A stretch of DNA of 64,000 bases from NCBI GenBank assembly GCA_002747185.1, contig PDTV01000011.1, forward strand, positions 6,216 through 70,215, given 5' to 3'. Positions 49,638-60,099 of the stretch are shown piece by piece (the first letter of the stretch is position 1; the number at the start of each line of letters is the position of its first letter). The stretch comes from Candidatus Contendibacter odensensis (lineage in GTDB: Bacteria > Pseudomonadota > Gammaproteobacteria > Competibacterales > Competibacteraceae). The notes under the pieces were generated by a model. That model was not told where the DNA came from and ran no database searches. It worked only from the letters and a program-made list of their open reading frames with translations. Made by a program: the position numbers and the translations under genes.

Positions 49638-50078
49638 TCATAACGACAGTGGTACGGCTGTGTTTAATAACGGATGCCCTTCATCATCCAGTGGAATGTC
49701 CAGCCATTCATCCTTGTAAATCCGTCTCAGATCCATAATCGACCAGGGCATTAAAATCAGCACCGCCAAAATCCAGGCAATCAGATACCAAACCCAGCCC
49801 CCACCAGGAATAAACGTAGCACTCGCGACAAAAAAGCCGGTGATACCATAAAACCGGTAGGCTGCCCGTTGGGTATAGTGCCCTACTTTCGGATCAGGGT
49901 GGTGGCGATTCATGGCATAAACCAGCATCGAGGCGCCGAACCAAAAAATCAGCAGCGGGAATGGCAGTAAAATCGAAATCACGTTACCGTAATTCATGAG
50001 AGCAGCGGCACGCCTGGCTGATGATCCGCGTGCTATTTTGCCGAGCGTTGTTTCCTCATTAGATTCCAGAGTATACAT
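49638..50078 (-). CDS. Hypothetical membrane protein
   Basis: 146-aa ORF with three or four hydrophobic segments. It is co-directional with bioHC. I recognised no family. Confidence 0.5.
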   Translation of the reverse strand: MYTLESNEETTLGKIARGSSARRAAALMNYGNVISILLPFPLLIFWFGASMLVYAMNRHHPDPKVGHYTQRAAYRFYGITGFFVASATFIPGGGWVWYLIAWILAVLILMPWSIMDLRRIYKDEWLDIPLDDEGHPLLNTAVPLSL

Positions 50079-50153
50079 TAGCTACCTAGCCTCATTTAAT
50101 GACGAGGGAGAATGTATATTCTCTCATAAAAACCACGTTGCCTGAAAAAATTA

Positions 50154-50876
50154 ATGATCTTCAACGCCCTGACAGGGTGGCTTTCCCGGCTCCAGCGTAT
50201 ATTGCTGCCGCCGCACTGCCTGCTCTGTGGAAACGCTGGCACAGCCGACCTTGATTTATGCGCCGGCTGTATTGCTGATTTACCCTGTAACGTCACGGCC
50301 TGTGTCTGCTGTGCCCGACCACTTGCAATAAAAACGGCTGCGCCCTGTGCAACCTGCCAATCATCACAGACTCGACCTTTTAGCCGTTCCTTTATCCCGT
50401 TTTGCTATAAACCACCTCTCAATTTTCTACTGATCCAGCTAAAATTTAATCGCCAGTTAAGCCATGCCCACCTGCTTGGCAACTTATTCAAAACCGCTCT
50501 CGCTGAACACCATCGCACGTTACCTGATATCATCGTACCGGTACCCTTGCATCCATTGCGCCTGCAGGAACGTGGTTTTAACCAGGCAGTAGAACTCGCA
50601 CGAACCACAGCGCATCATTTTCAAATCCCACTACTCATCAATGGCCTGCAACGCACCCGCCACACAACACCACAAACCCGGCTTGATGCCAAACGACGTC
50701 GTACTAACCTAAAAGATGCATTCTCAGCAACCGGTTCATTCTCCGGCACACGAATTGCTCTAATGGATGATATTGTGACCACTGGCAGCACAACCTCCGA
50801 GTGCGCTCGCGCTCTGCAGGCAGCAGGGGCAACAGATATCGAAATCTGGGCTATTGCGCATACCGCAAGCGTGTAG
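50154..50876 (+). CDS. ComF/GntX-family phosphoribosyltransferase-like protein
   Basis: It has N-terminal Cys pairs (CLLCG, CAGC...CxxC) and a C-terminal PRT motif (LMDDIVTTGST). Confidence 0.75.
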   Translation: MIFNALTGWLSRLQRILLPPHCLLCGNAGTADLDLCAGCIADLPCNVTACVCCARPLAIKTAAPCATCQSSQTRPFSRSFIPFCYKPPLNFLLIQLKFNRQLSHAHLLGNLFKTALAEHHRTLPDIIVPVPLHPLRLQERGFNQAVELARTTAHHFQIPLLINGLQRTRHTTPQTRLDAKRRRTNLKDAFSATGSFSGTRIALMDDIVTTGSTTSECARALQAAGATDIEIWAIAHTASV

Positions 50877-51022
50877 GTTGCCACTCTCACCTACACAAGC
50901 CTCAGGGCCAGGTTGATGAAATTAAACCAGGATGCTGAATCATCAAAATAAACCAGTTAACATGGTTATTCTATCTTGTGATTGATAAGCGCATAATAAA
51001 CTCGATAAATTTGCTGACATAA

Positions 51023-52675
<1,653 letters not shown>

Positions 52676-52690
52676 GACAAAGGGCTCTCG

Positions 52691-52717
52691 CCGGAAGCGG
52701 TTTTATACCGCTTCCGG
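52691..52717 (+). terminator. Hairpin terminator after pgm
   Basis: An 11-bp perfect stem pairs ccggaagcggt with accgcttccgg around a 5-nt loop. The T tract that follows is weak (ttcacc). Confidence 0.55.
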
Positions 52718-52776
52718 TTCACCGGTCTACTGGCTTATATCTGTCCAATCCATCAATCAGTTCAAATTGTTACGCC

Positions 52777-53649
52777 ATGTCACACCGCGACTCCCTGCAC
52801 CGATTCTTGTTCGAGCGATTGGCTGCACGTGGTCAATTCATCCGTTTGGACGCATCCTGGCAAACCGTACTAGAACGCCGGGATTATCCCCCCGTGGTAC
52901 GGCAGATCCTCGGTGAGGCGATGGCTGCCGCTGCCTTGCTGTCAGCGACCATTAAATTTGATGGCTTGCTAACCTTGCAAATTCAGTCACAAGGTTCATT
53001 GCGGCTACTGGCAGTACAGGTGACATCCAAACATACGCTACGTGGCTTGGCACGCTGGGACAGTGACCCGCAACCCCAACCTCTTAGGGAATTGTGCAGT
53101 GACGGCACCCTGGTTTTAACCATCGATCCTGGCACAGGACATGAACCATATCAAGGCATGGTCAAGCTACAGGGCGATACACTGGCTGAAGCGCTGGAAG
53201 ACTACTTCGTCCGCTCCGAGCAACTCCCAACCCGTATCCATTTAACGGCCGATACACAAACCGCTGCGGGTTTATTGCTACAGCAGTTACCGGGTGCAAC
53301 CAGCGCTGACCCTGATGCGTGGAACCGCCTGGGAACACTGGCAGCCACTATACAAGACACAGAACTACTTACACTGGATGCACCGACATTAATACAGCGA
53401 TTATTTCATGAGGATGACCTGCGGATTTTTACACCAGAATCCTTTCGCTTCCGCTGCAATTGTTCACGCGAGCGAACGGCTGCCATGTTACGAGCACTGG
53501 GTGAAATTGAATTAAGGCAAATTCTCGATGCACGAACCACACTGCATATCGATTGCGAGTTCTGCGGCCACCGCTATGCCTTCGAACCTATCGACATCGC
53601 TGGCCTGTCCACTGTACTCAACTCAACATCTGTAAAAACCCGCCACTAA
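52777..53649 (+). CDS. hslO: Redox-regulated chaperone Hsp33
   Basis: It has the typical Hsp33 body and the C-terminal zinc centre CNCSRE...CEFCGHRY. Confidence 0.9.
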   Translation: MSHRDSLHRFLFERLAARGQFIRLDASWQTVLERRDYPPVVRQILGEAMAAAALLSATIKFDGLLTLQIQSQGSLRLLAVQVTSKHTLRGLARWDSDPQPQPLRELCSDGTLVLTIDPGTGHEPYQGMVKLQGDTLAEALEDYFVRSEQLPTRIHLTADTQTAAGLLLQQLPGATSADPDAWNRLGTLAATIQDTELLTLDAPTLIQRLFHEDDLRIFTPESFRFRCNCSRERTAAMLRALGEIELRQILDARTTLHIDCEFCGHRYAFEPIDIAGLSTVLNSTSVKTRH

Positions 53650-53653
53650 GCCC

Positions 53654-54169
53654 ATGAGCAGCCTGTTAAATCTGTTCCTTGATATTTGTTTGTTTCGTAA
53701 ATGCCCTCAGGACGTGCCGCGCTCATCGGGTCTTTTAAACATATGCCTGCTTGCCTATGCACTCTCTGGATTCACCGTGCTATTGATGAGCACCTCCGTG
53801 CAGGCCGCATTACTACAAGTTACTCTGGATATTGCCTTAATGGGCAGCGTGCTGTATTGGGCACTGCTGCTGTACCGACGGCCTGAGCGTTTTGAACAAA
53901 CCTTTAGCGCTCTGACCGGTTCTGGAACGCTGATAACGCTACTGGCGCTACCATTAATATACTGGTCAGTTCATAAAGCCACTTTGAATGACATGACCCT
54001 ACCATTACTCCTGATGCTCGGCCTGGTTATTTGGAGCATCGCTATCATCGCCCATATTGTACGTCATGCCTTTGACACACCACTCTGGTTAGGCTCACTA
54101 TACGCATTTGTATACACGATCATGTCCTGGACATTGACGAGCTGGTTTACTACACCTCAAACGGGCTAA
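53654..54169 (+). CDS. Hypothetical membrane protein
   Basis: 171-aa ORF with about five hydrophobic segments. It starts 4 nt after the hslO stop. I recognised no family. Confidence 0.5.
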   Translation: MSSLLNLFLDICLFRKCPQDVPRSSGLLNICLLAYALSGFTVLLMSTSVQAALLQVTLDIALMGSVLYWALLLYRRPERFEQTFSALTGSGTLITLLALPLIYWSVHKATLNDMTLPLLLMLGLVIWSIAIIAHIVRHAFDTPLWLGSLYAFVYTIMSWTLTSWFTTPQTG

Positions 54170-54240
54170 CCCTCACTCAACCACCCTTACTCAACTATCC
54201 GATTCCGCACTCAAGGCGGCGGGCGGAGAAACCTGATTCC

Positions 54241-55617
54241 ATGCACATCCATATTCTCGGTATCTGTGGCACTTTCATGGCAGGCGTTGCTTTGCTGGCG
54301 CGTGCTACCGGCCATACGGTTTCCGGCTGCGACGCTAATGTCTATCCACCCATGAGTACTCAGCTATCCGAAGCCGGCATTGTGTTACATGAAGGGTACG
54401 ACCCTGAGCAGCTTGACCACTTTAAACCCGATAGCATCGTCATCGGCAATGTCATGAGCCGTGGCTATCCGATTATTGAAGAGTTGCTAAATCGGGAATT
54501 GCCCTATACCGCAGGCCCGACCTGGCTAGCTGATTACATACTGCGTGACCGGCATGTGATCGCCGTCGCGGGTACTCACGGAAAAACAACGACCAGCAGC
54601 CTGCTCGCCTGGATCCTTGAGTATGCCGGACTGGAACCCGGCTTTTTAATTGGCGGTATTCCCGAAAACTTTTCAGCATCGGCCCGATTGGGCCGGAATC
54701 CCTTCTTCGTGGTAGAAGCTGATGAGTATGATACGGCATTTTTTGATAAACGCTCCAAATTTGTCCATTACCGTCCCCGCACACTGATCCTTAACAATCT
54801 GGAATTTGACCACGCTGATATCTTTCCCGATCTTGCCGCCATCCAGCGGCAGTTTCACCATTTGCTACGAACCGTCCCTAGTGGTGGATGCATTATCAGC
54901 AACGGACAAGATAGCAATCTGGATAAAGTGCTGGAGATGGGTTGCTGGACCCCTGTGCAACGCTTTGGCCTGGGTACAGGCCACTGGCAAGCCAGGGACA
55001 TTGCTGCCGATGGCAGTGCTTTCGATATCTACTTCCAAGGCGAGCGACAAGGTAAGGTTCATTGGGAACAACTTGGTACGCACAGCGTGCATAACGCACT
55101 GGCAGCCATCGCAGCGGCGCATCATGCCAATGTCGCTACTGAAACAGCTATTACCGCACTCAACCAGTTTCAAGGTGTCAAACGGCGGCTGGAATTGCGC
55201 GGCATCGTGAATGAGATCACCGTCTATGACGATTTCGCCCACCATCCCACTGCAATTTCAAGCACACTGGAAGGATTACGTGCCCGTGTCGGTGATCAGC
55301 CCATCATTGCAGTATTAGAGCCACGTTCCAATACCATGAAACAAGGTGTGTTCAAGGATACACTCGCACCTGCACTGGCCATTGCAGACAGCATAATTCT
55401 TTATCAAGCGCCTGAGATTGGCTGGGATGTCAGCACTGTTGCCACAGCATTGGGTGCACGTGGCCGCTTGTGCCATACACTGGATGAGACATTGATGGCT
55501 ATTTGCCAGCAGGCAAAACCCCGCAGCCATGTACTTATCATGAGCAACGGCGGTTTTGGTGGTATTCACCAGCGGCTGCTGGATACCCTGCGTAGTGCTA
55601 CATCACCAACTCGCTAA
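54241..55617 (+). CDS. mpl: UDP-N-acetylmuramate:L-alanyl-gamma-D-glutamyl-meso-diaminopimelate ligase
   Basis: MHIHILGICGTFMAG..., GTHGKTTTSSLLAW and the Mur ligase domain order are present. Confidence 0.9.
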   Translation: MHIHILGICGTFMAGVALLARATGHTVSGCDANVYPPMSTQLSEAGIVLHEGYDPEQLDHFKPDSIVIGNVMSRGYPIIEELLNRELPYTAGPTWLADYILRDRHVIAVAGTHGKTTTSSLLAWILEYAGLEPGFLIGGIPENFSASARLGRNPFFVVEADEYDTAFFDKRSKFVHYRPRTLILNNLEFDHADIFPDLAAIQRQFHHLLRTVPSGGCIISNGQDSNLDKVLEMGCWTPVQRFGLGTGHWQARDIAADGSAFDIYFQGERQGKVHWEQLGTHSVHNALAAIAAAHHANVATETAITALNQFQGVKRRLELRGIVNEITVYDDFAHHPTAISSTLEGLRARVGDQPIIAVLEPRSNTMKQGVFKDTLAPALAIADSIILYQAPEIGWDVSTVATALGARGRLCHTLDETLMAICQQAKPRSHVLIMSNGGFGGIHQRLLDTLRSATSPTR

Positions 55618-55653
55618 TAGTCATTTAACCGGATCACACGATACTCACCACAC

Positions 55654-56280
55654 ATGACCGCATGTCAACCTATTATTCTTGGTATGACTGGCGCATCCGG
55701 CGCAGATTACGGCCTGCGGTTGTTGCAATACCTGTTAGCTGCAGAGTATCCGGTGCAACTTTTGCTCAGTAAAGCTGCACAAATCGTTATCCATATGGAA
55801 ACCGAATTACGCCTTCCCGGTCGAGCGCATGATATCCAGCGTGTCTTAACCGAATATTACGGTTGTCACTCCGGACAATTACGGGTATTCGGCCAGGATG
55901 AGTGGACCGCTCCACCGGCCAGTGGTTCTGCACGGGCACAAGCCATGGTGGTCTGCCCCTGTACCACAGGCACATTAGCCGCTATCGCCAACGGCAATAG
56001 TGATAATTTGCTGGAGCGTGCTGCCGATGTCAGCCTCAAGGAAGGTCGCAAACTGATTCTGGCAGTGCGGGAAACACCGCTATCCATTATTCATCTGGAA
56101 AACATGTTACGGCTAGCACGCACCGGTGCGGTGATTCTGCCAACCAATCCTGGTTTTTATCACCAGCCTGAACATATTCTTGATTTGGTGAATTTTGTTG
56201 TGGCCCGAATTCTGGATCAATTGGATATCCCCCATCAATTGCTACCACGCTGGGGTGAGCCACCAGAGCCAAACGCCTAA
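55654..56280 (+). CDS. ubiX: Flavin prenyltransferase
   Basis: ILGMTGASGADYGLRLL and the rest of the UbiX/Pad1 pattern are present. Confidence 0.9.
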   Translation: MTACQPIILGMTGASGADYGLRLLQYLLAAEYPVQLLLSKAAQIVIHMETELRLPGRAHDIQRVLTEYYGCHSGQLRVFGQDEWTAPPASGSARAQAMVVCPCTTGTLAAIANGNSDNLLERAADVSLKEGRKLILAVRETPLSIIHLENMLRLARTGAVILPTNPGFYHQPEHILDLVNFVVARILDQLDIPHQLLPRWGEPPEPNA

Positions 56281-56359
56281 TTGGGATGATGCCACCCGGA
56301 CTGGTAAATTGCTGGAAATGGCCGAACCACAGCAGCGACTCAGCATTCTGCTTGCTATA

Positions 56360-56458
56360 GCGCAAACACTATAAATTGCTCCAGTTTATAGTGTTTGCGC
56401 GTTAAAACAGATAGATATAGCGGAACCCATTAATCAAATCCAGTTGGTTCCGCTATAT
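56360..56458 (+). terminator. Two consecutive hairpins downstream of ubiX
   Basis: Hairpin 1 has a perfect 16-bp stem (56360-56375 / 56385-56400) and no T tract. Hairpin 2 has a 13-bp stem (56415-56427 / 56446-56458) followed by tttcc. Confidence 0.5.
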
Positions 56459-56459
56459 T
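56442..56459. repeat. Left copy of an 18-nt direct repeat (agttgGttccgctatatt), candidate att site
   Basis: It matches 60100-60117 at 17 of 18 positions in the same orientation. It overlaps the 3' arm of hairpin 2. Confidence 0.4.
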
Positions 56460-56503
56460 TTCCGGGACATAATCAACACCCTTCAGGAAAAGCAGCACAT
56501 TCA

Positions 56504-57304
56504 ATGAACACTATCCCACATCACCATGACTTTGATATCCACACTGATTACCACCGGCTACACGCCCTGCGTCTAAGCCCACCACAAGCGGCAAACCATC
56601 CGACCCTGGTGTTTCTGCATGAGGGACTAGGCAGCATCAGACAGTGGAGTCATTTTCCCGAACAATTATGTGACCTCACCCATTTACCCGGATTGGTGTA
56701 TGAGCGCCACGGCCACGGTCAGTCCGAAACACTCACTCATCCTCGATCCTGTGATTATTTACACCAGGAAGCGCAAGATTATTTACCCGCCGTACTGAGT
56801 ACCTGTCATATCACAGAACCCCCTATCCTGTTTGGCCATAGCGATGGCGGCTCTATTGCTTTACTATACGCTGCCGCCTGTCCCGATAAGGTACGTGCCA
56901 TTGTTATTGAAGCGGCACATGTGTTTGTCGAAGAGGCTTCCCTCTATGGTATTCGTGCTGCCTGCCAGTCCTTTGAACAGGGCCATTTATACAGGAAACT
57001 GCAGCGTTATCACGGTGACAATACCGAAACCATGTTTCGAGGATGGAGTAATATCTGGTTGCATCCTGATTTCCGTGACTGGCGTATTGAAAAGGAATTA
57101 CAAGCCATTACCTGCCCGGTACTCATTGTTCAGGGTGAAGATGACGAATACGGAACCCGTGCACAGGTTGATACGATTGCTAATAGCATCACAGGTCCTA
57201 GTGAAATTCTATGGCTACCTCATTGTGGCCATACGCCCCACCATCAGCTACGAGAAACCGTACTAGAAGCGACCGCAGGTTTTATCAATCAGTACATTTG
57301 CTAA
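56504..57304 (+). CDS. Alpha/beta-fold hydrolase
   Basis: I placed the start at ATG 56504 (MNTIPHHH...). It has HEGLGS, the nucleophile elbow GHSDGG, and a C-terminal CGHTPH. Confidence 0.75.
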   Translation: MNTIPHHHDFDIHTDYHRLHALRLSPPQAANHPTLVFLHEGLGSIRQWSHFPEQLCDLTHLPGLVYERHGHGQSETLTHPRSCDYLHQEAQDYLPAVLSTCHITEPPILFGHSDGGSIALLYAAACPDKVRAIVIEAAHVFVEEASLYGIRAACQSFEQGHLYRKLQRYHGDNTETMFRGWSNIWLHPDFRDWRIEKELQAITCPVLIVQGEDDEYGTRAQVDTIANSITGPSEILWLPHCGHTPHHQLRETVLEATAGFINQYIC

Positions 57305-57350
57305 ACGTTTTTTACCCCTTCGCACCAGGCAAGAACAACGCATTTTGCTA

Positions 57351-57493
57351 AGAAATCTTTGCACAAACTGTCGAGCGGGTAAAATTCGAGGCGCACGGCG
57401 CGCAAAAACCGGAGTTTACAAGCAGTAAATGAGAATTTCGAGCACCGCGCAACGAAGAATTTGTCGTGTGCAGGCGTTTGTGCAAAGGTTTCT
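57351..57493. repeat. 143-bp element with 18-nt terminal inverted repeats (agaaa[t/c]ctttgcacaaac)
   Basis: 57351-57368 matches the reverse complement of 57476-57493 at 17 of 18 positions. The interior carries an imperfect direct repeat (ttcgaggcgcacggcgcgcaa / ttcgagcaccgcgcaa). It lies between two convergent gene ends. Confidence 0.55.
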
Positions 57494-57517
57494 TGAAATT
57501 AATAGACATTCGTTGTG

Positions 57518-58474
57518 TCATTTCATTATCTGCCAATACCCGCCTTTTGCTGAACCTACTCGCTTGATTTTTCCCTGTTCCTTTAATTTGGCAATGTGCT
57601 TTTCAACCGCACGTGGGCTAATGCCTATCGCTTCGGCAATTTTAACCGCACTAATGGTGGGCGTTTGTTCGATAATTGCTAAAATTTTCTCCGAACTTTT
57701 CTCCGAACTTTTCTCCGAACTTTTTTGACCGCTCGTCTGTCTGTCAAAAATCACACTAAAAAAGCTGTCAAACTCAAATGTCGCTTGTCTAAGATGAGCT
57801 TCTTGCAGTGCCGTGTTGATACGGTGTACGCCGGTGCCGAGCTTCTCGATATAGTTGATGCGAAGCAAAATGCTTGCTAGCGTTGCATTGCGTGTGAGGC
57901 TGTATTTGCCAAAATCCTTTTCTGCTAACCCCTTAGGCAATCCACCGGGGTTTGAGATTACAATCTTATCATCGAAAATTTCCACCATCACTCTTGCCCC
58001 TTTTTCCAAATAATCCCGGTGAACAATGGCATTAACGACTGCTTCTCGTAATGCCACCTCGGGAATTTCCCAAATATCTTGGCGTTGTATGCCTTCAATT
58101 TTGGCAGAGATATTAATGTGACGCTCAATAAACCGTATCGCATTGTCAATATTACTATTATCAATGGATTTTAATGCGCCCAGACTTCTCAATATTGCCT
58201 CGGGTGGGAGTTGGGCGGAAATATGGGCAATCTCGCAAAAGTGTTGCCATTTGCTTGTAGAAAAATAGCGTGGAAAGTCTATCTCGATAAAATTAACAAT
58301 AGTGTCAGTCGTCATTTTTTGGGCATTCGCCCCATTGCGAATGTAAAATCCGGTACTGCAACGATACGGTTTGTTTGCGCCTTCTTTGACTTCAACTTGC
58401 AGACGTTTAAATTCGCTGTAATAACCCTCGCCTTGTTCGATGACGGCTTGTAATTCAGTTAGTGTTTTTTTCAT
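57518..58474 (-). CDS. AlbA_2 / HATPase_c_4 / wHTH putative regulator; AlbA_2 domain appears internally deleted
   Basis: The body (REAVVNAIVHRDY..., ISNPGGLP, LGTGVHRI) and the C-terminal wHTH are present. The N-terminal domain jumps from ...GEGYYSEFK straight to the ...VKEGANKPY...YIRNG end of AlbA_2. Confidence 0.6.
   Translation of the reverse strand: MKKTLTELQAVIEQGEGYYSEFKRLQVEVKEGANKPYRCSTGFYIRNGANAQKMTTDTIVNFIEIDFPRYFSTSKWQHFCEIAHISAQLPPEAILRSLGALKSIDNSNIDNAIRFIERHINISAKIEGIQRQDIWEIPEVALREAVVNAIVHRDYLEKGARVMVEIFDDKIVISNPGGLPKGLAEKDFGKYSLTRNATLASILLRINYIEKLGTGVHRINTALQEAHLRQATFEFDSFFSVIFDRQTSGQKSSEKSSEKSSEKILAIIEQTPTISAVKIAEAIGISPRAVEKHIAKLKEQGKIKRVGSAKGGYWQIMK
57685..57724. repeat. 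Perfect 12-nt tandem repeat (ttttctccgaac x3 plus a partial copy) inside the regulator gene
   Basis: Read directly at 57685-57696, 57697-57708 and 57709-57720. It encodes (SSEK)3 in the linker before the wHTH. Confidence 0.95.
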
Positions 58475-58543
58475 CGTTGCATTATAGCACTTCGGCTAAC
58501 AGCTTTAGTGGCCGGTAGAAAAATTGACCCAGGATTTCATTAA

Positions 58544-59599
58544 CTATACCCCAACCAAATTCCCATTAACCCCCATCTGATTCACGATTTCGGTAAACGC
58601 CTTATTCCCATCGGCAAATTTCTCAATCTCGAACAGTATGTCTACTACACTAATAGCATGAGCTTTTTCCTCTTTTTCATAGCGAACTTTCATTCCTAAT
58701 CGTGCCATCGTTGCTACTTCATCAGAGGTTAGACTTCCACTATATTGTCTTGTTTTCACGGGAAATTGGAATGGTTTCAAATTATATAATTTAGCGGTCT
58801 TATCATTTGATCCTGTTAAAATCTGTTGTCCATTGGGTGAGAACGATACTGAATTAACATCATCACTATGTGCAAACTCCTTTAGTTTATTACCTTGTGT
58901 ATCCCAAAGTACGGCAAAATGATCAAAATTATTCCACCCAGTTAAAATCTGCTGTCCATTAGGAGAGAAGGTAACTGAGTTAATACAACCAATATCATGT
59001 CTAAAAGTTTGTAATTTATTACCATTCTTATCCCAGAGAATAGCAACTTCATTATGTGCACCAGTTAAAATTCGTTGCCCATCGGGAGAAAAAAATCACT
59101 GAGTAAACTTTAGAACCATAATGTGGAAATATTTTTAATTGCTTTCCTTGTTTTCCTTCTATGTTCCAAAGTGTGGCAGTACCATGATCTGTGCCCGTTA
59201 GTATCAGTTTCTCTAAAGGGGAGAAGGCTACCGAAAGAACAGTACTACTATGAGGAAGCTCCTGTAATTTTTTTCCTTGTTTACTCCAAAGGCTGCCTTA
59301 TGCTCATCGCCTGTTAAAATATGCTTACCATCAGGGGAAAATGCCACTGAGATAACATAATTATTATGTGGAAATATTTGTAATTTATTACCTTTTTTAT
59401 CCCATAAAATAGCTTTATTTTTTGTCCCTGTTAAAATCTGGTTGCCATCGGGGGAAAATGCCATTGAAAAAACCCCATTCTTATGAGGAAAAGTAGCAAT
59501 CGGTTCTTTAGCAAAAGCCAATGGTTGCAATAATATTGCACTAGGAATAACGATACCTGCGATAGCTTGCCTGATTTTATGTAATGCTTGCTTTTCCAT
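58544..59599 (-). pseudogene. Secreted WD40-repeat protein gene, broken by at least two frameshifts
   Basis: A signal-peptide-like N-terminus is followed by repeats of the form ...V.SV(A/T)FSPDG..ILTG....A.LWD..GNKL. These continue through three reading frames. The breaks are near 59286-59300 and at an A7 run (59089-59095). Confidence 0.75.
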
Positions 59600-59648
59600 T
59601 GTTCCCTCTTCAAATACGATTGGCGTTGATTACTGTCTTACACATACT

Positions 59649-59960
59649 CTAGCGAAATAAGTGCCGGTATGCGTTTAACGCCGTTACTGCCTTATCAATT
59701 GATTTAGCTTTTTCAGCACAAGGGCAAAGCCCTTTTCTAAGTAATGCCCTTGCTTCCAAATGAGCGTCTCTGGCCATTTTTAGTGAGACATCCGGGTAAA
59801 CACCAATTGATAACTTTTTATCTCGTTTGGCATAATTGTACTTGTACCGCCAATATTTTCCCGACTGGGTGATGTGCAAGTATAAGCCGTGTCCATCAAA
59901 AATTTTTCTGTCGCGTCCTTCATATTTAAAATTCCTTACCTCTAAGTTAGTTAATCGCAT
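59649..59960 (-). pseudogene. Truncated P4-type tyrosine integrase (only the N-terminal Arm/DUF4102 domain is left)
   Basis: MRLTNLEVRNFKYEG...FDGHGLYLHITQSGKYWRYKYNYAKRDKKLSIGVYPDVSLKMARDAH..ARALL is the DUF4102 pattern. The ORF ends after about 100 aa with no catalytic domain. Confidence 0.7.
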
Positions 59961-60099
59961 TGTAAAACCTCATTTTTCTTTTAAAATAGTCTGATTATAG
60001 ACTCCAATAAAAGCCCCTTAAAGGTTTGCGATGCTTTAAAATAATTCTTTACGAACACACTGAAAAAAATATAATTAAATTTTTTCTGTTACAAGAATT

